Shown in pieces: positions 44,093 to 55,851 of a DNA stretch of 64,000 nucleotides. The stretch comes from Escherichia phage vB_EcoM_PhAPEC2. Where the stretch lies: sequence record NC_024794.1; one strand, given 5' to 3'. The notes beneath the pieces are model-generated. The model ran no database searches. It had not been told where the DNA came from and saw only the letters and a list, made by a program, of their open reading frames with translations. The stretch's first letter is position 1, and each line of letters starts with the position of its first letter. Position numbers and translations under genes: made by a program.

Positions 44093-44133
44093 GATAGGAT
44101 GATAGTATCACACCATCATCCTTATGTAAACTG
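44093..44133 (-). promoter_or_regulatory. PeSL-like early promoter cassette (TTTACA-N17-TACTAT)
   Basis: Minus GTTTACATAAGGATGATGGTGTGATACTATCATCCTATCAAATAAAC. Confidence 0.45.
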
Positions 44134-44144
44134 TTTTGTGAAAA

Positions 44145-44830
<686 letters not shown>

Positions 44831-44834
44831 TTTA

Positions 44835-45569
44835 TTACCTTAAGATTTTTTCAATTTTAGAATAAAGCTCTTCTAAAGAGCCGTCGTTTGTAATAACTAA
44901 ATCGCCTTCTTCAATAGGCAACCCAGCTTCTGTAATATGTTTATCAGTGGATTCCGTACCAGAGCGAACCACATGAATAACTGTAGCACCCATCGCTCTA
45001 GCGGTTTCCATTTCATGGACTTGGCGTGTATCGGTCACAACGTAGTAATCGAAATCACTTCCAATATAATCCATATAGTTTAATGCAAAAAGCTTAACCC
45101 AATACATACGGTCAAATAAATTAACGACAACATCCGTACCGAGGGCTTGCATAAGACGGCGGATTGACCATGTGTCGTTGATATTATTTATAGCTTCACG
45201 CAGGGCTTCGTACGGTTTAATATCTAGATATGAATATCCACCTTCTAGTGATGATAATACGTTAACACCGTTAATTGGCAGGTATTGTCGTTGTAAATAA
45301 ATTAGCGTTTCTTCCATTAATTCAATAACATCCAATTTATTGAGATTTAATGGTGTTTCACGGTCGTATCCAATGCCTTCAAAGTATTCATATTTCAACT
45401 CGGTGAATACATCCGGGTTTTCGGCATGTTTACGCTCCCAAGCTATTGCTAGAGCGTCTTTAATTGGATATGCTAATTGATATTTTATGGATTTAAAGTT
45501 TGAATTGATGTAATCAGCAGTAGTGTCTTTACCACTACGTTTGATGCCGCTTAAAAAGATTAGCTCCAT
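44835..45569 (-). CDS. 1: Deoxynucleoside monophosphate kinase gp1
   Basis: 244 aa; P-loop FLSGIKRSGKDT; ...FDRMYWVKLFALNY...VTDTRQVHEMETARAMGATVIHVVR... as in T4 gp1. Confidence 0.9.
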   Translation of the reverse strand: MELIFLSGIKRSGKDTTADYINSNFKSIKYQLAYPIKDALAIAWERKHAENPDVFTELKYEYFEGIGYDRETPLNLNKLDVIELMEETLIYLQRQYLPINGVNVLSSLEGGYSYLDIKPYEALREAINNINDTWSIRRLMQALGTDVVVNLFDRMYWVKLFALNYMDYIGSDFDYYVVTDTRQVHEMETARAMGATVIHVVRSGTESTDKHITEAGLPIEEGDLVITNDGSLEELYSKIEKILR

Positions 45570-45623
45570 AGGTTTTTCCTCATATAATTTATGAACGATT
45601 ATAACATATGGAGCTAGAAGCGA

Positions 45624-46208
45624 TTAGCGCAAGGAAGGGTGTCTAGAAATGGATTTAGATTCGACTGCTTGACGTGGTTGTTGAGATACAATGACTTCGC
45701 CATCTTTTTCTATCGTCATATACGCGTAGTGAATAGTTGCTACGCACGTAACGGCAGGGTCAGAGTCTTCAGTGTAACTAAATTCAATTTCACTCAAATC
45801 AGAAATCCATGGTTTATAGAAATTTGCCGTCAAAACTACTTCTGTCTTATTGTTGTTTAAAATGTGCAAAGTAACAAACTCAGGACCATCGGAGTGGGCC
45901 GTATTATGTCCGGTTATATAGTTATTAGTGCTGAGCATCCATTTATACATGTTCATCCAGGACGTCATGTCTTCATCAACTATAAATCGTACAACAAAAG
46001 GGTCATATTCAAATGTGGTGCCTGCACGCATTGCACGTCCTAACCCCATTGTGCCTGTCACAGTTTCAACAACAGGAATTCTCACACCTGGCAATGGTGC
46101 CGTTTGGGCATTGAGCACAAAACCTGAAGTTCGTGTACTATCCGGGATATCCACAACAAAGTTTGTTATATTTGTTTGGTTAAAAATCTGTCTCGTTGGA
46201 CGAGTCAT
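45624..46208 (-). CDS. 3: Tail completion / sheath stabiliser gp3 (by synteny)
   Basis: 194 aa from ATG 46208; order 1-3-2-4 as in T4. Confidence 0.7.
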   Translation of the reverse strand: MTRPTRQIFNQTNITNFVVDIPDSTRTSGFVLNAQTAPLPGVRIPVVETVTGTMGLGRAMRAGTTFEYDPFVVRFIVDEDMTSWMNMYKWMLSTNNYITGHNTAHSDGPEFVTLHILNNNKTEVVLTANFYKPWISDLSEIEFSYTEDSDPAVTCVATIHYAYMTIEKDGEVIVSQQPRQAVESKSISRHPSLR

Positions 46209-46318
46209 AAGCACCTCAAAAACGCTTTAATAAAAATGCAGTATAATGGTTTTAGGTCTCTTCCATTAATCCGGTTCAACAGAATATCAGAATATCAGAC
46301 GAACGGAAGAGAATAGAA

Positions 46319-47140
46319 TTAAGATTTCCAAACAGTATTCGCAGAGAAACGTTTTCCTTTTGACATAAATTGCTGAGTAGGTAACATGATTATGTTAGCC
46401 CAGTCTTTAGGAGCTATTTCTGTTATTGTTCCTCTAATGTGGCCTGGCAGGTATGCTTTAATCATTTTGTCAGCACCTTGAAATCCTTTCACCTTGCTCC
46501 AGTCTATCTTCAACTTTGTGTTATTAGTAATAGTAGTTGTGCTAGCATATTGCTTCAGCAATTCTTCAAGAAACTGTTGACGTGCTTTAGGTGGGATATA
46601 GTGCAAGTTTAGCCCATACATCAAATTATGTTTACCTAATCCTAAATAAATAATCAAAGGATATCGGTCCCAATATGGCAGAGTATCTTTATGTTTAGCA
46701 TCATACACGTAAGTATAAATTTTGCCTGGCGTAGGCTTAACTACTTTATGACCTTTTACACTTTTCTTAATTGTTTCAACAAACCACTTAGATGATTTGT
46801 TGTTTACTGCTGCGCCTTCATTTCTAATCTTTTCTCGTATTGAACTGCGAAACGAGTTTATCATCAGAAGTTGACGTTCTTGCTTATTGAGTTTATTTTT
46901 AGGTTTAGATTCAAGCGTTTCAATTTTCTGTGCAGTCTTAATAGATGATGCATATCTAGACATTGCAGATGTAAACGATGAGTATTTTATTCCTTTTGAT
47001 TCTGCAAATGCTTTTGCAGTGATTCCTTTCTCTTTAGCTTTCTTGTATTCTAATCCTATCTCAATCCATTTTCTTTCATTTATAGACTGAGCAATCTTAG
47101 GGGCTTGTACGCCTTCAGATATAATTTGGAATATGCTCAT
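46319..47140 (-). CDS. 2: DNA end-protector protein gp2
   Basis: 273 aa, basic; position between 4 and 3. Confidence 0.85.
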   Translation of the reverse strand: MSIFQIISEGVQAPKIAQSINERKWIEIGLEYKKAKEKGITAKAFAESKGIKYSSFTSAMSRYASSIKTAQKIETLESKPKNKLNKQERQLLMINSFRSSIREKIRNEGAAVNNKSSKWFVETIKKSVKGHKVVKPTPGKIYTYVYDAKHKDTLPYWDRYPLIIYLGLGKHNLMYGLNLHYIPPKARQQFLEELLKQYASTTTITNNTKLKIDWSKVKGFQGADKMIKAYLPGHIRGTITEIAPKDWANIIMLPTQQFMSKGKRFSANTVWKS

Positions 47141-47142
47141 AA

Positions 47143-47592
47143 TTACCCCTTGTATCCGAGTTTCCTAAGTCCGTCTTCGGTTAGAACTCGAAATTTTATA
47201 TTTCTCTTTTCAGCAACAGCTGAGGCAGCTTTCCATTTGTCACAGTTCACAGACCAGGTATATATTTCATTCATATAACGTTTCTTTGCTGCAGTCGTAA
47301 GATTTGCAGGCTTAATAGGCGGCTGAGTTTCTTTCTTTGGTTTTATTTCTACAAAGAACTCTTGACCTGATGCATCTTTCATCCATATATCCATAAAGTA
47401 TCTACGTTTTTTACCTTCTGCGTTACAGAAATATGGAATTACTGCTGTTTCGCTGCCCCATGCAATAATTTCTGGATTTTTATCTAACCATTCGAAAAAG
47501 AATTTTTCCCAGTTTGAACGATACGTTATTTTGGTATGGTCTCCACGGTATTTTTTTAAATTTTTTGGGACCCATTTACCAGAGTAGGCCAT
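47143..47592 (-). CDS. 4: Head completion protein gp4
   Basis: 149 aa from ATG 47592 (SD AAGGAGG); [54 protein letters not shown]... as in T4 gp4; track start 47736 is an upstream extension. Confidence 0.88.
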   Translation of the reverse strand: MAYSGKWVPKNLKKYRGDHTKITYRSNWEKFFFEWLDKNPEIIAWGSETAVIPYFCNAEGKKRRYFMDIWMKDASGQEFFVEIKPKKETQPPIKPANLTTAAKKRYMNEIYTWSVNCDKWKAASAVAEKRNIKFRVLTEDGLRKLGYKG

Positions 47593-47603
47593 GTTGTCCT
47601 CCT

Positions 47604-47611
47604 TATAAATA
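47604..47611 (+). promoter_or_regulatory. Late promoter TATAAATA for gene 53 and downstream baseplate genes
   Basis: Exact T4 late consensus TATAAATA on plus strand about 43 nt upstream of the gene 53 ATG. Confidence 0.6.
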
Positions 47612-47618
47612 GTATTAT

Positions 47619-47626
47619 TATTTATA
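47619..47626 (-). promoter_or_regulatory. Divergent late promoter TATAAATA for genes 4-2-3
   Basis: Exact TATAAATA on minus strand 27 nt upstream of the gene 4 ATG. Confidence 0.55.
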
Positions 47627-47653
47627 CCAATTTCATATTGGAAGGAGACTATC

Positions 47654-48229
47654 TTGTTATTTACATTCTTCGACCCAATAGGATATAGTGCTAAAACCAT
47701 TAATAAGAATGCACCTACTATTCCTATGACAGACATATTTCGTAACTATAAAGAGTACTTTAAGCGTGTTGCTGCCAATTATAGATTACGTTCTTATTAT
47801 ATTAAAGGCTCTCCGCGTCCTGAAGAACTAGCAAACATAATTTATGGAAACCCTCAATTATACTGGGTCCTTTTGATGTGTAATGATAACTATGATCCGT
47901 ATTATGGTTGGATTACATCTCAGGAAGCAGCATATCAAGCTTCTATTCAGAAATATGCAAATGCCGGCGGAGACCAAATTCTTTATCATATTAACGAAAA
48001 ACGCGAGAAATTTTATAACTTAGTTTCATATCCAGATGAGCCATTAGTATGGTATGATAAAGGCGATAAAGCTCGTAAGTATCCACAATATAAAGGACCT
48101 TTAGCTGCAGTAGATACTTATGAAGCGGCAGTATTAGATAATGAAAAACTTCGTAAAATAAAAATTGTTGCAAAAGAAGATATAAACTCGTTTATCACAG
48201 ATTTGATTCGTGAGATGGAGATTGCATAA
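47654..48229 (+). CDS. 53: Baseplate protein gp53
   Basis: 191 aa; MLFTFFDPIGYSAKTINKNAPTIPMTDIFRNYKEYFKR... closely matches T4 gp53 as recalled. Confidence 0.9.
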   Translation: MLFTFFDPIGYSAKTINKNAPTIPMTDIFRNYKEYFKRVAANYRLRSYYIKGSPRPEELANIIYGNPQLYWVLLMCNDNYDPYYGWITSQEAAYQASIQKYANAGGDQILYHINEKREKFYNLVSYPDEPLVWYDKGDKARKYPQYKGPLAAVDTYEAAVLDNEKLRKIKIVAKEDINSFITDLIREMEIA

Positions 48230-49962
48230 TGGAAATGATTAGCAGTAGCCTTAATTGGTTCGTGGGTGTTGTCGAGGACAGAATGGACCCATTAAAACAA
48301 GGGCGAGTTCGAGTGCGAGTAGTTGGTCTTCATCCGGCACAGAGAGCACAAGGTGATGTACAAGGTATTCCTACAGAAAAACTTCCATGGATGACTGTTA
48401 TTCAACCTATTACGTCTGCATCAATGTCTGGTATTGGCGGATCTGTTACAGGCCCTGTCGAAGGAACTCGAGTATATGGTCATTTCTTAGACAAATGGAA
48501 AACAAACGGTATTGTACTTGGTACATATGGTGGAATTGTACGTGAAAAGCCTAATAGACTCGAAGGTTTTTCCGACCCTACAGGTCAATATCCGCGACGT
48601 TTAGGTAATGATACGAACGTATTAAACCAAGGTGGTGAAGCTGGTTATTATTCGAACTCTAACGTAATTCAAGATAACAACTTAGATTATGGTATAAACC
48701 CGGACGATACAGATTTAGCAAATATTCCAGAAGATGATGACCCTAATTTTACAATAACAGAAATGTTACGTCGTGACGAAGGTCTTCGTGATAAAGTGTA
48801 TTGGGACCATCTCGGATATCCTACCGTAGGTATTGGACACCTTATCGTAATGGAAAAGACCCGAGATATGTCTCGAATTAATAAATTGCTATCCGATCAA
48901 GTAGGGCGTGAAGTAACAGGAAATCCCGGGACTATTACATTAGAAGAAGCAACAGCTCTATTTGAGAAGGACCTTGCTAAGATGCAGAAAGACATTCGTT
49001 CTAATTCTAAAGTAGGTCCTGTTTATGCTAAAATGAACAGATCTCGCCAAATGGCATTAGAAAACATGTGCTTCCAAATGGGCGTTGGTGGTGTAGCAAA
49101 ATTCAATACTATGCTTAAAGCAATGGCCTCAGGCGATTGGAAAACTGCATACAAATCTGGACGCGATTCGTTATGGTTCCAACAGACTAAAGGACGCGCT
49201 TCACGTGTAACAACAATTATTTTAACCGGTAACATGGAATCATACGGTGTTCCTGTTAAAACACCACCTTCACCAGGAGTTGGTGCCGATTTAGTTACTA
49301 GAAATACCGATTCAGAAGACCCGGCTGGTCCTCCTGTTCCATTAGATTCACGCATCCTTTTTAAAGAACCGGAATCAAGTTATCGTGGTGAATACCCGTA
49401 TGTTCATGCTATGGAAACAGAAAGTGGTCATATCCAAGAATTTGACGATACTCCAGGTAATGAACGTTATCGCTTAGTTCATCCAACAGGGTCATATGAG
49501 GAAGTTTCTCCGTCAGGGCGTCGTACTCGTAAAACTGTAGAAGACCTTTTTGACATCACTAATGGTGATGGGAACTTCTTGATTTCTGGCGATAAGCTTG
49601 TTAACGTTGGTGCTAATGAAATATATTATAACATGGCAGACCGCCTCCATCAAATAGACGGCAATGACACAATCTTTATTCGCGGTAACCAATCTAAAAC
49701 TGTTGAAGGCGATGGAACTCTTTACGTTAAGGGTAATATCAAAATAGTTGTTGACGGAAATGCAGATATTCTTGTTAAAGGTGATGCCAAAACTCAGGTC
49801 GAAGGGAATCATGATTACACCGTCAACGGAAACGTTAAATGGACTGTTAATGGTAATGTTGATATGACTGTTGCTGGCAATTGGTCGGAGTCAATGTCTA
49901 CAATGAGCTCAATAGCTTCAGGACAATATACTGTTGACGGATCTCGTATTGATATTGGGTAA
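48229..49962 (+). CDS. 5: Baseplate central spike / tail lysozyme gp5
   Basis: 577 aa; N-terminal OB domain, central lysozyme domain (RRDEGLRDKVYWDHLGYPTVGIGHL), C-terminal VxGxxxxx beta-helix repeats. Confidence 0.93.
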   Translation: MEMISSSLNWFVGVVEDRMDPLKQGRVRVRVVGLHPAQRAQGDVQGIPTEKLPWMTVIQPITSASMSGIGGSVTGPVEGTRVYGHFLDKWKTNGIVLGTYGGIVREKPNRLEGFSDPTGQYPRRLGNDTNVLNQGGEAGYYSNSNVIQDNNLDYGINPDDTDLANIPEDDDPNFTITEMLRRDEGLRDKVYWDHLGYPTVGIGHLIVMEKTRDMSRINKLLSDQVGREVTGNPGTITLEEATALFEKDLAKMQKDIRSNSKVGPVYAKMNRSRQMALENMCFQMGVGGVAKFNTMLKAMASGDWKTAYKSGRDSLWFQQTKGRASRVTTIILTGNMESYGVPVKTPPSPGVGADLVTRNTDSEDPAGPPVPLDSRILFKEPESSYRGEYPYVHAMETESGHIQEFDDTPGNERYRLVHPTGSYEEVSPSGRRTRKTVEDLFDITNGDGNFLISGDKLVNVGANEIYYNMADRLHQIDGNDTIFIRGNQSKTVEGDGTLYVKGNIKIVVDGNADILVKGDAKTQVEGNHDYTVNGNVKWTVNGNVDMTVAGNWSESMSTMSSIASGQYTVDGSRIDIG

Positions 49963-49965
49963 TAT

Positions 49966-50481
49966 ATGGCACAAATACTTCCTTTAAACACCGACTTAGG
50001 AGAAGACATGGAAGGGGCGTCTATTGACGTCCTTTTTACTCCACAGTTAGAAACAACCGAAACTTTAGTGTCAATAAATATAACAGATTATGAACCAACA
50101 CAAGGCATTACGGTAGATGGTAATCGTTTATATGGAACATATGAAAGTGTGTTTAGCTTTTCTTCGGATGCATTGAAATACCGATTAAATGATGATTTTG
50201 AAACCGCATCTTCATGGGACGATTTACCAAAAGATGAATCCACACAGTTATATTTGTGGAGAGCTCCTCAGAATCTTCGTAAAGTGTTTAGTTATACGGT
50301 TGAAATGATTTATAACTACCAAGAAGAAAGTTCATCAGGCGGTTCTAGAAGTGACTCTGGTACAGAACCTCCACCGGCTCCAGTACAAAAAACTCTTACT
50401 AAGGTTTATACAAAAACTATAGTAGGAAATTGGAGCAAATGGGCTCAACAATTACGAAACTATGTTTATGTGAGGCCGTGA
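49966..50481 (+). CDS. Hypothetical protein (T4 5.1 position)
   Basis: 171-aa ORF between 5 and 5.4. Confidence 0.6.
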   Translation: MAQILPLNTDLGEDMEGASIDVLFTPQLETTETLVSINITDYEPTQGITVDGNRLYGTYESVFSFSSDALKYRLNDDFETASSWDDLPKDESTQLYLWRAPQNLRKVFSYTVEMIYNYQEESSSGGSRSDSGTEPPPAPVQKTLTKVYTKTIVGNWSKWAQQLRNYVYVRP

Positions 50482-50483
50482 AA

Positions 50484-50777
50484 ATGTCTGGCTTAAGTTA
50501 CGACAAGTGCATTACAACAGGCCATGAAGCATGGCCTCCTACTGTAATAAATGCTTCCCAATCTAAAGTATTCACCGGCGGTATTCCTGTTCTTGTGGCA
50601 GGAGACCAAATAACACCTCATACAGAAATTAAAAAACCATACGAGACTCATGGAGGTGTTACTGAACCTCGTACATCTAAAGTATATGTCACCGGTAAAA
50701 AGGCCGTTCAAATGGCTGACCCAATTTCATGCGGGGATACTGTTTCTCAGGCCTCGTCAAAAGTCTTTATAAAATAG
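50484..50777 (+). CDS. 5.4: PAAR-repeat spike tip protein gp5.4
   Basis: 97 aa from ATG 50484; [41 protein letters not shown]... as in T4 gp5.4. Confidence 0.8.
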   Translation: MSGLSYDKCITTGHEAWPPTVINASQSKVFTGGIPVLVAGDQITPHTEIKKPYETHGGVTEPRTSKVYVTGKKAVQMADPISCGDTVSQASSKVFIK

Positions 50778-50785
50778 GAATTAAA

Positions 50786-52756
50786 ATGGCAAACACTCCT
50801 GTAAATTATCAATTAACCCGAACAGCGAATGCTATTCCCGAGATTTTTATCGGGGGCACATTTGCCGAAATCAAACAGAACATTATTGAATGGCTCAATG
50901 GACAGAATGAATTTCTTGATTATGATTTTGAAGGTTCACGCTTAAACGTATTGTGCGACCTTTTAGCATATAACACTCTTTACATCCAACAGTTCAGTAA
51001 TAGTGCAGTGTATGAAAGTTTTATGCGTACTGCAAACTTGCGTAGTTCTGTTGTACAAGCGGCTCAAGATAACGGATATCTGCCTTCATCTAAATCAGCA
51101 GCACAAACAGAAATTATGCTCACGTGTACGGATGCATTAAATAGAAACTATATCACCATTCCACGCGGCACTCGTTTCTTAGCATACGCTAAAGATACTT
51201 CTGTTAACCCGTATAACTTTGTTTCTACTGAAGATGACATTGTAGTTAAAGACAAAAATAACCAATATTTTCCACGTCTTCGATTAGCTCAAGGACGCAT
51301 TGTTCGCACTGAATTAACATTTGATAGATTAAAACCTATCATTATTCGTGATAAGAATATTGACCGTAATTTGGTTAAGTTGTATGTTGACGGAGCAGAA
51401 TGGATTAATTGGACTCGCAAATCAATGGTTCATGCTGGTTCTACTTCAACCATTTATTATATGCGAGAAACTGTTGACGGGAACACTGAATTTTATTTTG
51501 GTGAAGGTGAAATCTCTATTAGCACATCAGAAGGTGCTTTAACATCCAACTACATTGGTGGCCTTAAACCTGTCCAGGGTTCTAAAATCGTAATTGAATA
51601 TATTTCTACTAATGGTGCTGAAGCAAACGGTGCAGTAGGATTCTCTTATGCTGATACATTAGCTAATATCACAGTTATTGGAATTAATGAAAACCCAAGT
51701 AATAACCCTGACTTCGTTGGTGCGGATGGCGGCGGCGACCCTGAAGATATTGAACGTATCCGTGAATTAGGTACAATTAAACGCGAAACTCAACAACGAT
51801 GTGTGACTGCGACTGATTACGACACATTCGTCTCTGAACGATTTGGTTCTATTATTCAAGCGGTTCAGACATTTACGGATTCATCTAAGCCTGGGTACGC
51901 ATTTATTGCTGCTAAACCTAAGTCCGGGTTATATTTGACTTCAGTCCAACGAGATGATATTAAAAATTATCTTAATGAGTATAACTTAGGGACGATAACT
52001 CCTGTTGTTATTTCTCCTGATTATTTGTTTATTAAAATGAATATTCGCGTTACGTACGCATTGAACAAATTACAAGAATCTGAACAATGGTTAGAAGGCC
52101 AAATTATTAATAAAATCGACCGTTATTATATTGAAGACGTGGAAATTTTTAACTCGTCATTCGCAAAATCTAAAATGTTAACGTATGTCGATGACGCAGA
52201 TATTTCTATCATTGGTTCGTCTGCGACTATTCAAATGGTTCGCGAGGTACAGAACTTCTACAAAACACCTGAAACAGGTATTAAATACAATAACCAGATT
52301 AAAGATAGAACATTAGAATCTAACGTGTTTTCATTTGATAGTTTACGCGTTGACCCTGAAACGGAAGCTACTATTAAATACGACGTTCGCATTGTAGGTT
52401 CAGATAGAAATGACCGCGGCATTGGACAAGTTATTATTGGCCCGTTTGCAGATGGCGACGTTATAGAAAACGCTTATATTCAACCATATACTGGTGACGA
52501 TTTTAATAAACTTCATGTTACGGACGGAAGAAACAAATATTACTCTATAGGTGAAGTAAATTATCCGGCTGATTCAATTTATTGGAATATAGCTAAAATT
52601 GATTTAACTTCTGATAGGTTTGAAGTTCAAACTATTGAACTCTATTCAGACCCAGCTGATGATGTTATCTTTACTAAAGACGGGTCGTTAATTGTATTTG
52701 AAAATGACTTACGTCCGCAATATTTAACCATAGATTTGGAGCCTATTTCACAATGA
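50786..52756 (+). CDS. 6: Baseplate wedge protein gp6
   Basis: 656 aa from ATG 50786 (SD AGGAA); MANTPVNYQLTRTANAIPEIF... as in T4 gp6; track start 50729 is an upstream extension. Confidence 0.92.
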   Translation: MANTPVNYQLTRTANAIPEIFIGGTFAEIKQNIIEWLNGQNEFLDYDFEGSRLNVLCDLLAYNTLYIQQFSNSAVYESFMRTANLRSSVVQAAQDNGYLPSSKSAAQTEIMLTCTDALNRNYITIPRGTRFLAYAKDTSVNPYNFVSTEDDIVVKDKNNQYFPRLRLAQGRIVRTELTFDRLKPIIIRDKNIDRNLVKLYVDGAEWINWTRKSMVHAGSTSTIYYMRETVDGNTEFYFGEGEISISTSEGALTSNYIGGLKPVQGSKIVIEYISTNGAEANGAVGFSYADTLANITVIGINENPSNNPDFVGADGGGDPEDIERIRELGTIKRETQQRCVTATDYDTFVSERFGSIIQAVQTFTDSSKPGYAFIAAKPKSGLYLTSVQRDDIKNYLNEYNLGTITPVVISPDYLFIKMNIRVTYALNKLQESEQWLEGQIINKIDRYYIEDVEIFNSSFAKSKMLTYVDDADISIIGSSATIQMVREVQNFYKTPETGIKYNNQIKDRTLESNVFSFDSLRVDPETEATIKYDVRIVGSDRNDRGIGQVIIGPFADGDVIENAYIQPYTGDDFNKLHVTDGRNKYYSIGEVNYPADSIYWNIAKIDLTSDRFEVQTIELYSDPADDVIFTKDGSLIVFENDLRPQYLTIDLEPISQ

Positions 52757-55700
52757 CAGTAAAAGCGCCAGCAGTCACGAGTCTCAGATTATCTAAATTG
52801 TCCGCAAACCAAGTTCAAATTCGCTGGGATGAGGTTGGCGCTAATTTCTACTATTTTGTGGAAATAGCTGAGACCAAAACAGCTAATGGGGAAGAAATTC
52901 CCCGTAATAGTTATAGATGGACTAATTTAGGATATACCGCTGATAACAATTTCTTTGAGTCTGGTTTAAATTCATTAACAACATATATGATGCGTGTGGC
53001 TACAGCAGCGGAGGGATTTGAGCAGTCTGATTGGAGATACACCGAAGAGTTTGAAACATTTGAAATAAACGCTTATACATTCCAACATATGATTGAAATG
53101 CAATTAGCTAACGAGTTTATTTCTGAAAAATTTACAAAAAATAATACAAACTACGTCGATTTTAATAATGACACGATCATGGCAGCACTGATGAGCGAGT
53201 CGTTCCAATTTAGTCCTGCGTACACCGATGTGTCATCGATTAGAAATTTTATAATTGGTGAAAATCAGTATCATGAAATCCAGGGGCATATCCAGGACGT
53301 ATGTAAAGATATAAATCGAGTATATCTAATGGAATCTGAAGGAATTCTTTACCTTTTTGAAAGATTCCAACCTATTGTAAAAGTGTCTAATGATAAAGGC
53401 CAAACATGGAAAGCGGTTAAATTGCTTAATGACCGTGTAGGATATCCACTTTCACGAACTGTATATTACCAATCAGAATATACGACGTATTTGCTCGGCT
53501 ATGATAAGATTTTTTACGGGCGTAAATCATCCGATATTCGTTGGTCTGCTGATGATGTTCGTTTCAGTTCACAAGATGTAACATTTGCTAAAATCGGGGA
53601 CCGATTAAATTTAGGTTTTGATGTAGAGATTTTCGGTACATACGCGTCATTACCAGGAAACGTATCACGTATTGCAGAAGCTATTACTTGTAATGACGAC
53701 TATGTTTATATTGCGGCCAGAGATAAAGTTCGCTTCGTTAAAACCAGTAACGCTCCTATTGATTCAGATCCATTATCTCCGACCTATTCCGAACGGTTGT
53801 TTGAACCTGAGACGTTTACAATAACAGGCAACCCTAAAGCAGTTTGTTATAAAATGGATTCTGTTGGTGGAAGAATATTCGCTCTTATTATTGGTGAAGT
53901 CGAAAATGTTAATGACGACCCAAGAACAAAGCCTATTTTGGATTCCGTTGATAAAGGTGTATACGTTTTAGACCATGACGCTGGAACATTTAAAAGGATA
54001 TTTGGTAATACCGAAGAAGAACGCCGTCGTATAGAACCGGCTTTCACTAATATGTCTACTGATGGTGTTGAGCTTTATATCTCTTCTAGTAATTTTAAAT
54101 TTTTAGAATCTGATATTGTTGACGACCCAGAAACGCAATCTAAGTATGGACTTTTAAGAGCAGTTAAGTATGAATATCCTAGAGAATGGCTCGCAGATAA
54201 ACATTACCATATGATGATTTTCGCATCAAACGAAGAAAGTAATTGGGAAACTTTTTCACCAACTCCTATGCAGTATTATGCAGAACCTTTCTTTAGTTAT
54301 TCTAGAAAATCAGGCACACGTTCTTGGATTAATAACTCTGATAGAGCGGTAGTGATTTATTCTGATTTGCTTTACACAAAGGTAGTGGAAAGCCACCCTA
54401 GCACTTCACCTGATCGTAAAGTTCATGAATACTGGAATGATGGCGATTGTAAGATTGTTATGCCGAATATAGAATTCACTGGATTTAAAAAATACGCATC
54501 TGGTATGTTGTTTTATAAATCATCAGGTGAAATAATTTCATATTACGATTTTAGTTATCGTGTTAGAGATAACGTTTCTATAATTTGGAAGCCCACTAAC
54601 GTATTCTTGACCGCCTCATTACAAAACCAAGAAAAAGAAACTTCTTGGGTTCCTGTTGAAGAGACAGGTCTAGCTGACCCGGATTTACGCCCATTACTCA
54701 CTACAATGATGCCAGAGTCTTATCTGTTGGATAATACAAACTTTGAAGCATTTTGTGAAGCGTATATTCAATATCTTTCTGATGGATACGGGACTCATTA
54801 TAATAACTTATTGAATTTGATTAAAAATAAATACCCACGAGAAGAACACGCATGGGAATATCTTTGGTCCGAAATTTATAAACGGAACATTTATTTGAAT
54901 GCTGAGAAACGTGATTTAGTTTCTAGGTTCTTTGAGTCCAGAAGTTATGATTTTTATTCTACTAAAGGAACTGAAGCGTCGTATAAGTTTTTGTTTAAAG
55001 TTCTTTATAACGAAGACGTTGAAGTGGAAATTGAGTCATCTGCTGGAACAGAGTACGATATCATAATTCAATCTGATTCTATAAGTGAAGATTTGGTTGG
55101 ACAAACTATATATACCGCTACAGGTAGATGTAATGTTACATATTTAGAAAGAAGCTATTCTAAAGGTAGATTACAATGGACTGTGACTATTCATAACCTT
55201 TTAGGTAGGCTTTTAGTCGGTCAAGAAGTAAAAGCCGAAAGACTAGCAGATTTTGAAGGTGAAATAGTTCGCGGTATTAAAGGTAAAGAACTTGCCCAAA
55301 ACACTATTGATTATTTTAATCGTGGTAGAGCTTATTACGTCATGAAAATAAAGTCAAATCTTCCGTCCTCTCGTTGGAAATCTGACGTACTACGTTTTGT
55401 ACATCCGGTAGGATTTGGATTTATTGCAATAACCTTATTAACAATGTTTATTAATACAGGATTAACGCTTAAACATGTTGAAACTATTATTAATAAATAT
55501 AAAAATTATAAATGGGATTCCGGACTGCCTACGGAATATGCAGACCGCGTCGCTCGTTTAGACCCTCAAGGTAATGTAGAATTCAATCCTGTTACAGGTG
55601 AAGTAATTTATGATGCTGGACCTTATGCCGGTATCGAATACCCTTTACCTGCAAATTATAACGAAGAAAATGATAACTCTATTTTCCAAGGACAATTACC

Positions 55701-55851
55701 GTCTGAACGACGCAAGCCAATGAGCCCATTATTTGATGCATCAGGTACAACGTTCTCTAGATTTAGAGAGCTTGTTAATGAAAGATTGTTAGATAACGTG
55801 GGAAATCCTAGAGACCCGATTAATCCACCACAGGTTAAATTAGATGAATGA
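52753..55851 (+). CDS. 7: Baseplate wedge protein gp7
   Basis: 1032 aa; MTVKAPAVTSLRLSKLSANQVQIRWDEVGANFYYFVEIAE... as in T4 gp7. Confidence 0.93.
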   Translation: MTVKAPAVTSLRLSKLSANQVQIRWDEVGANFYYFVEIAETKTANGEEIPRNSYRWTNLGYTADNNFFESGLNSLTTYMMRVATAAEGFEQSDWRYTEEFETFEINAYTFQHMIEMQLANEFISEKFTKNNTNYVDFNNDTIMAALMSESFQFSPAYTDVSSIRNFIIGENQYHEIQGHIQDVCKDINRVYLMESEGILYLFERFQPIVKVSNDKGQTWKAVKLLNDRVGYPLSRTVYYQSEYTTYLLGYDKIFYGRKSSDIRWSADDVRFSSQDVTFAKIGDRLNLGFDVEIFGTYASLPGNVSRIAEAITCNDDYVYIAARDKVRFVKTSNAPIDSDPLSPTYSERLFEPETFTITGNPKAVCYKMDSVGGRIFALIIGEVENVNDDPRTKPILDSVDKGVYVLDHDAGTFKRIFGNTEEERRRIEPAFTNMSTDGVELYISSSNFKFLESDIVDDPETQSKYGLLRAVKYEYPREWLADKHYHMMIFASNEESNWETFSPTPMQYYAEPFFSYSRKSGTRSWINNSDRAVVIYSDLLYTKVVESHPSTSPDRKVHEYWNDGDCKIVMPNIEFTGFKKYASGMLFYKSSGEIISYYDFSYRVRDNVSIIWKPTNVFLTASLQNQEKETSWVPVEETGLADPDLRPLLTTMMPESYLLDNTNFEAFCEAYIQYLSDGYGTHYNNLLNLIKNKYPREEHAWEYLWSEIYKRNIYLNAEKRDLVSRFFESRSYDFYSTKGTEASYKFLFKVLYNEDVEVEIESSAGTEYDIIIQSDSISEDLVGQTIYTATGRCNVTYLERSYSKGRLQWTVTIHNLLGRLLVGQEVKAERLADFEGEIVRGIKGKELAQNTIDYFNRGRAYYVMKIKSNLPSSRWKSDVLRFVHPVGFGFIAITLLTMFINTGLTLKHVETIINKYKNYKWDSGLPTEYADRVARLDPQGNVEFNPVTGEVIYDAGPYAGIEYPLPANYNEENDNSIFQGQLPSERRKPMSPLFDASGTTFSRFRELVNERLLDNVGNPRDPINPPQVKLDE

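Noticed and set aside
49023-49812. Minus-strand ORFs inside gene 5 (49023..49355, 49513..49812) and others inside genes 7, 9, 10 and wac
   Set aside because: Embedded antisense in strongly supported late structural genes
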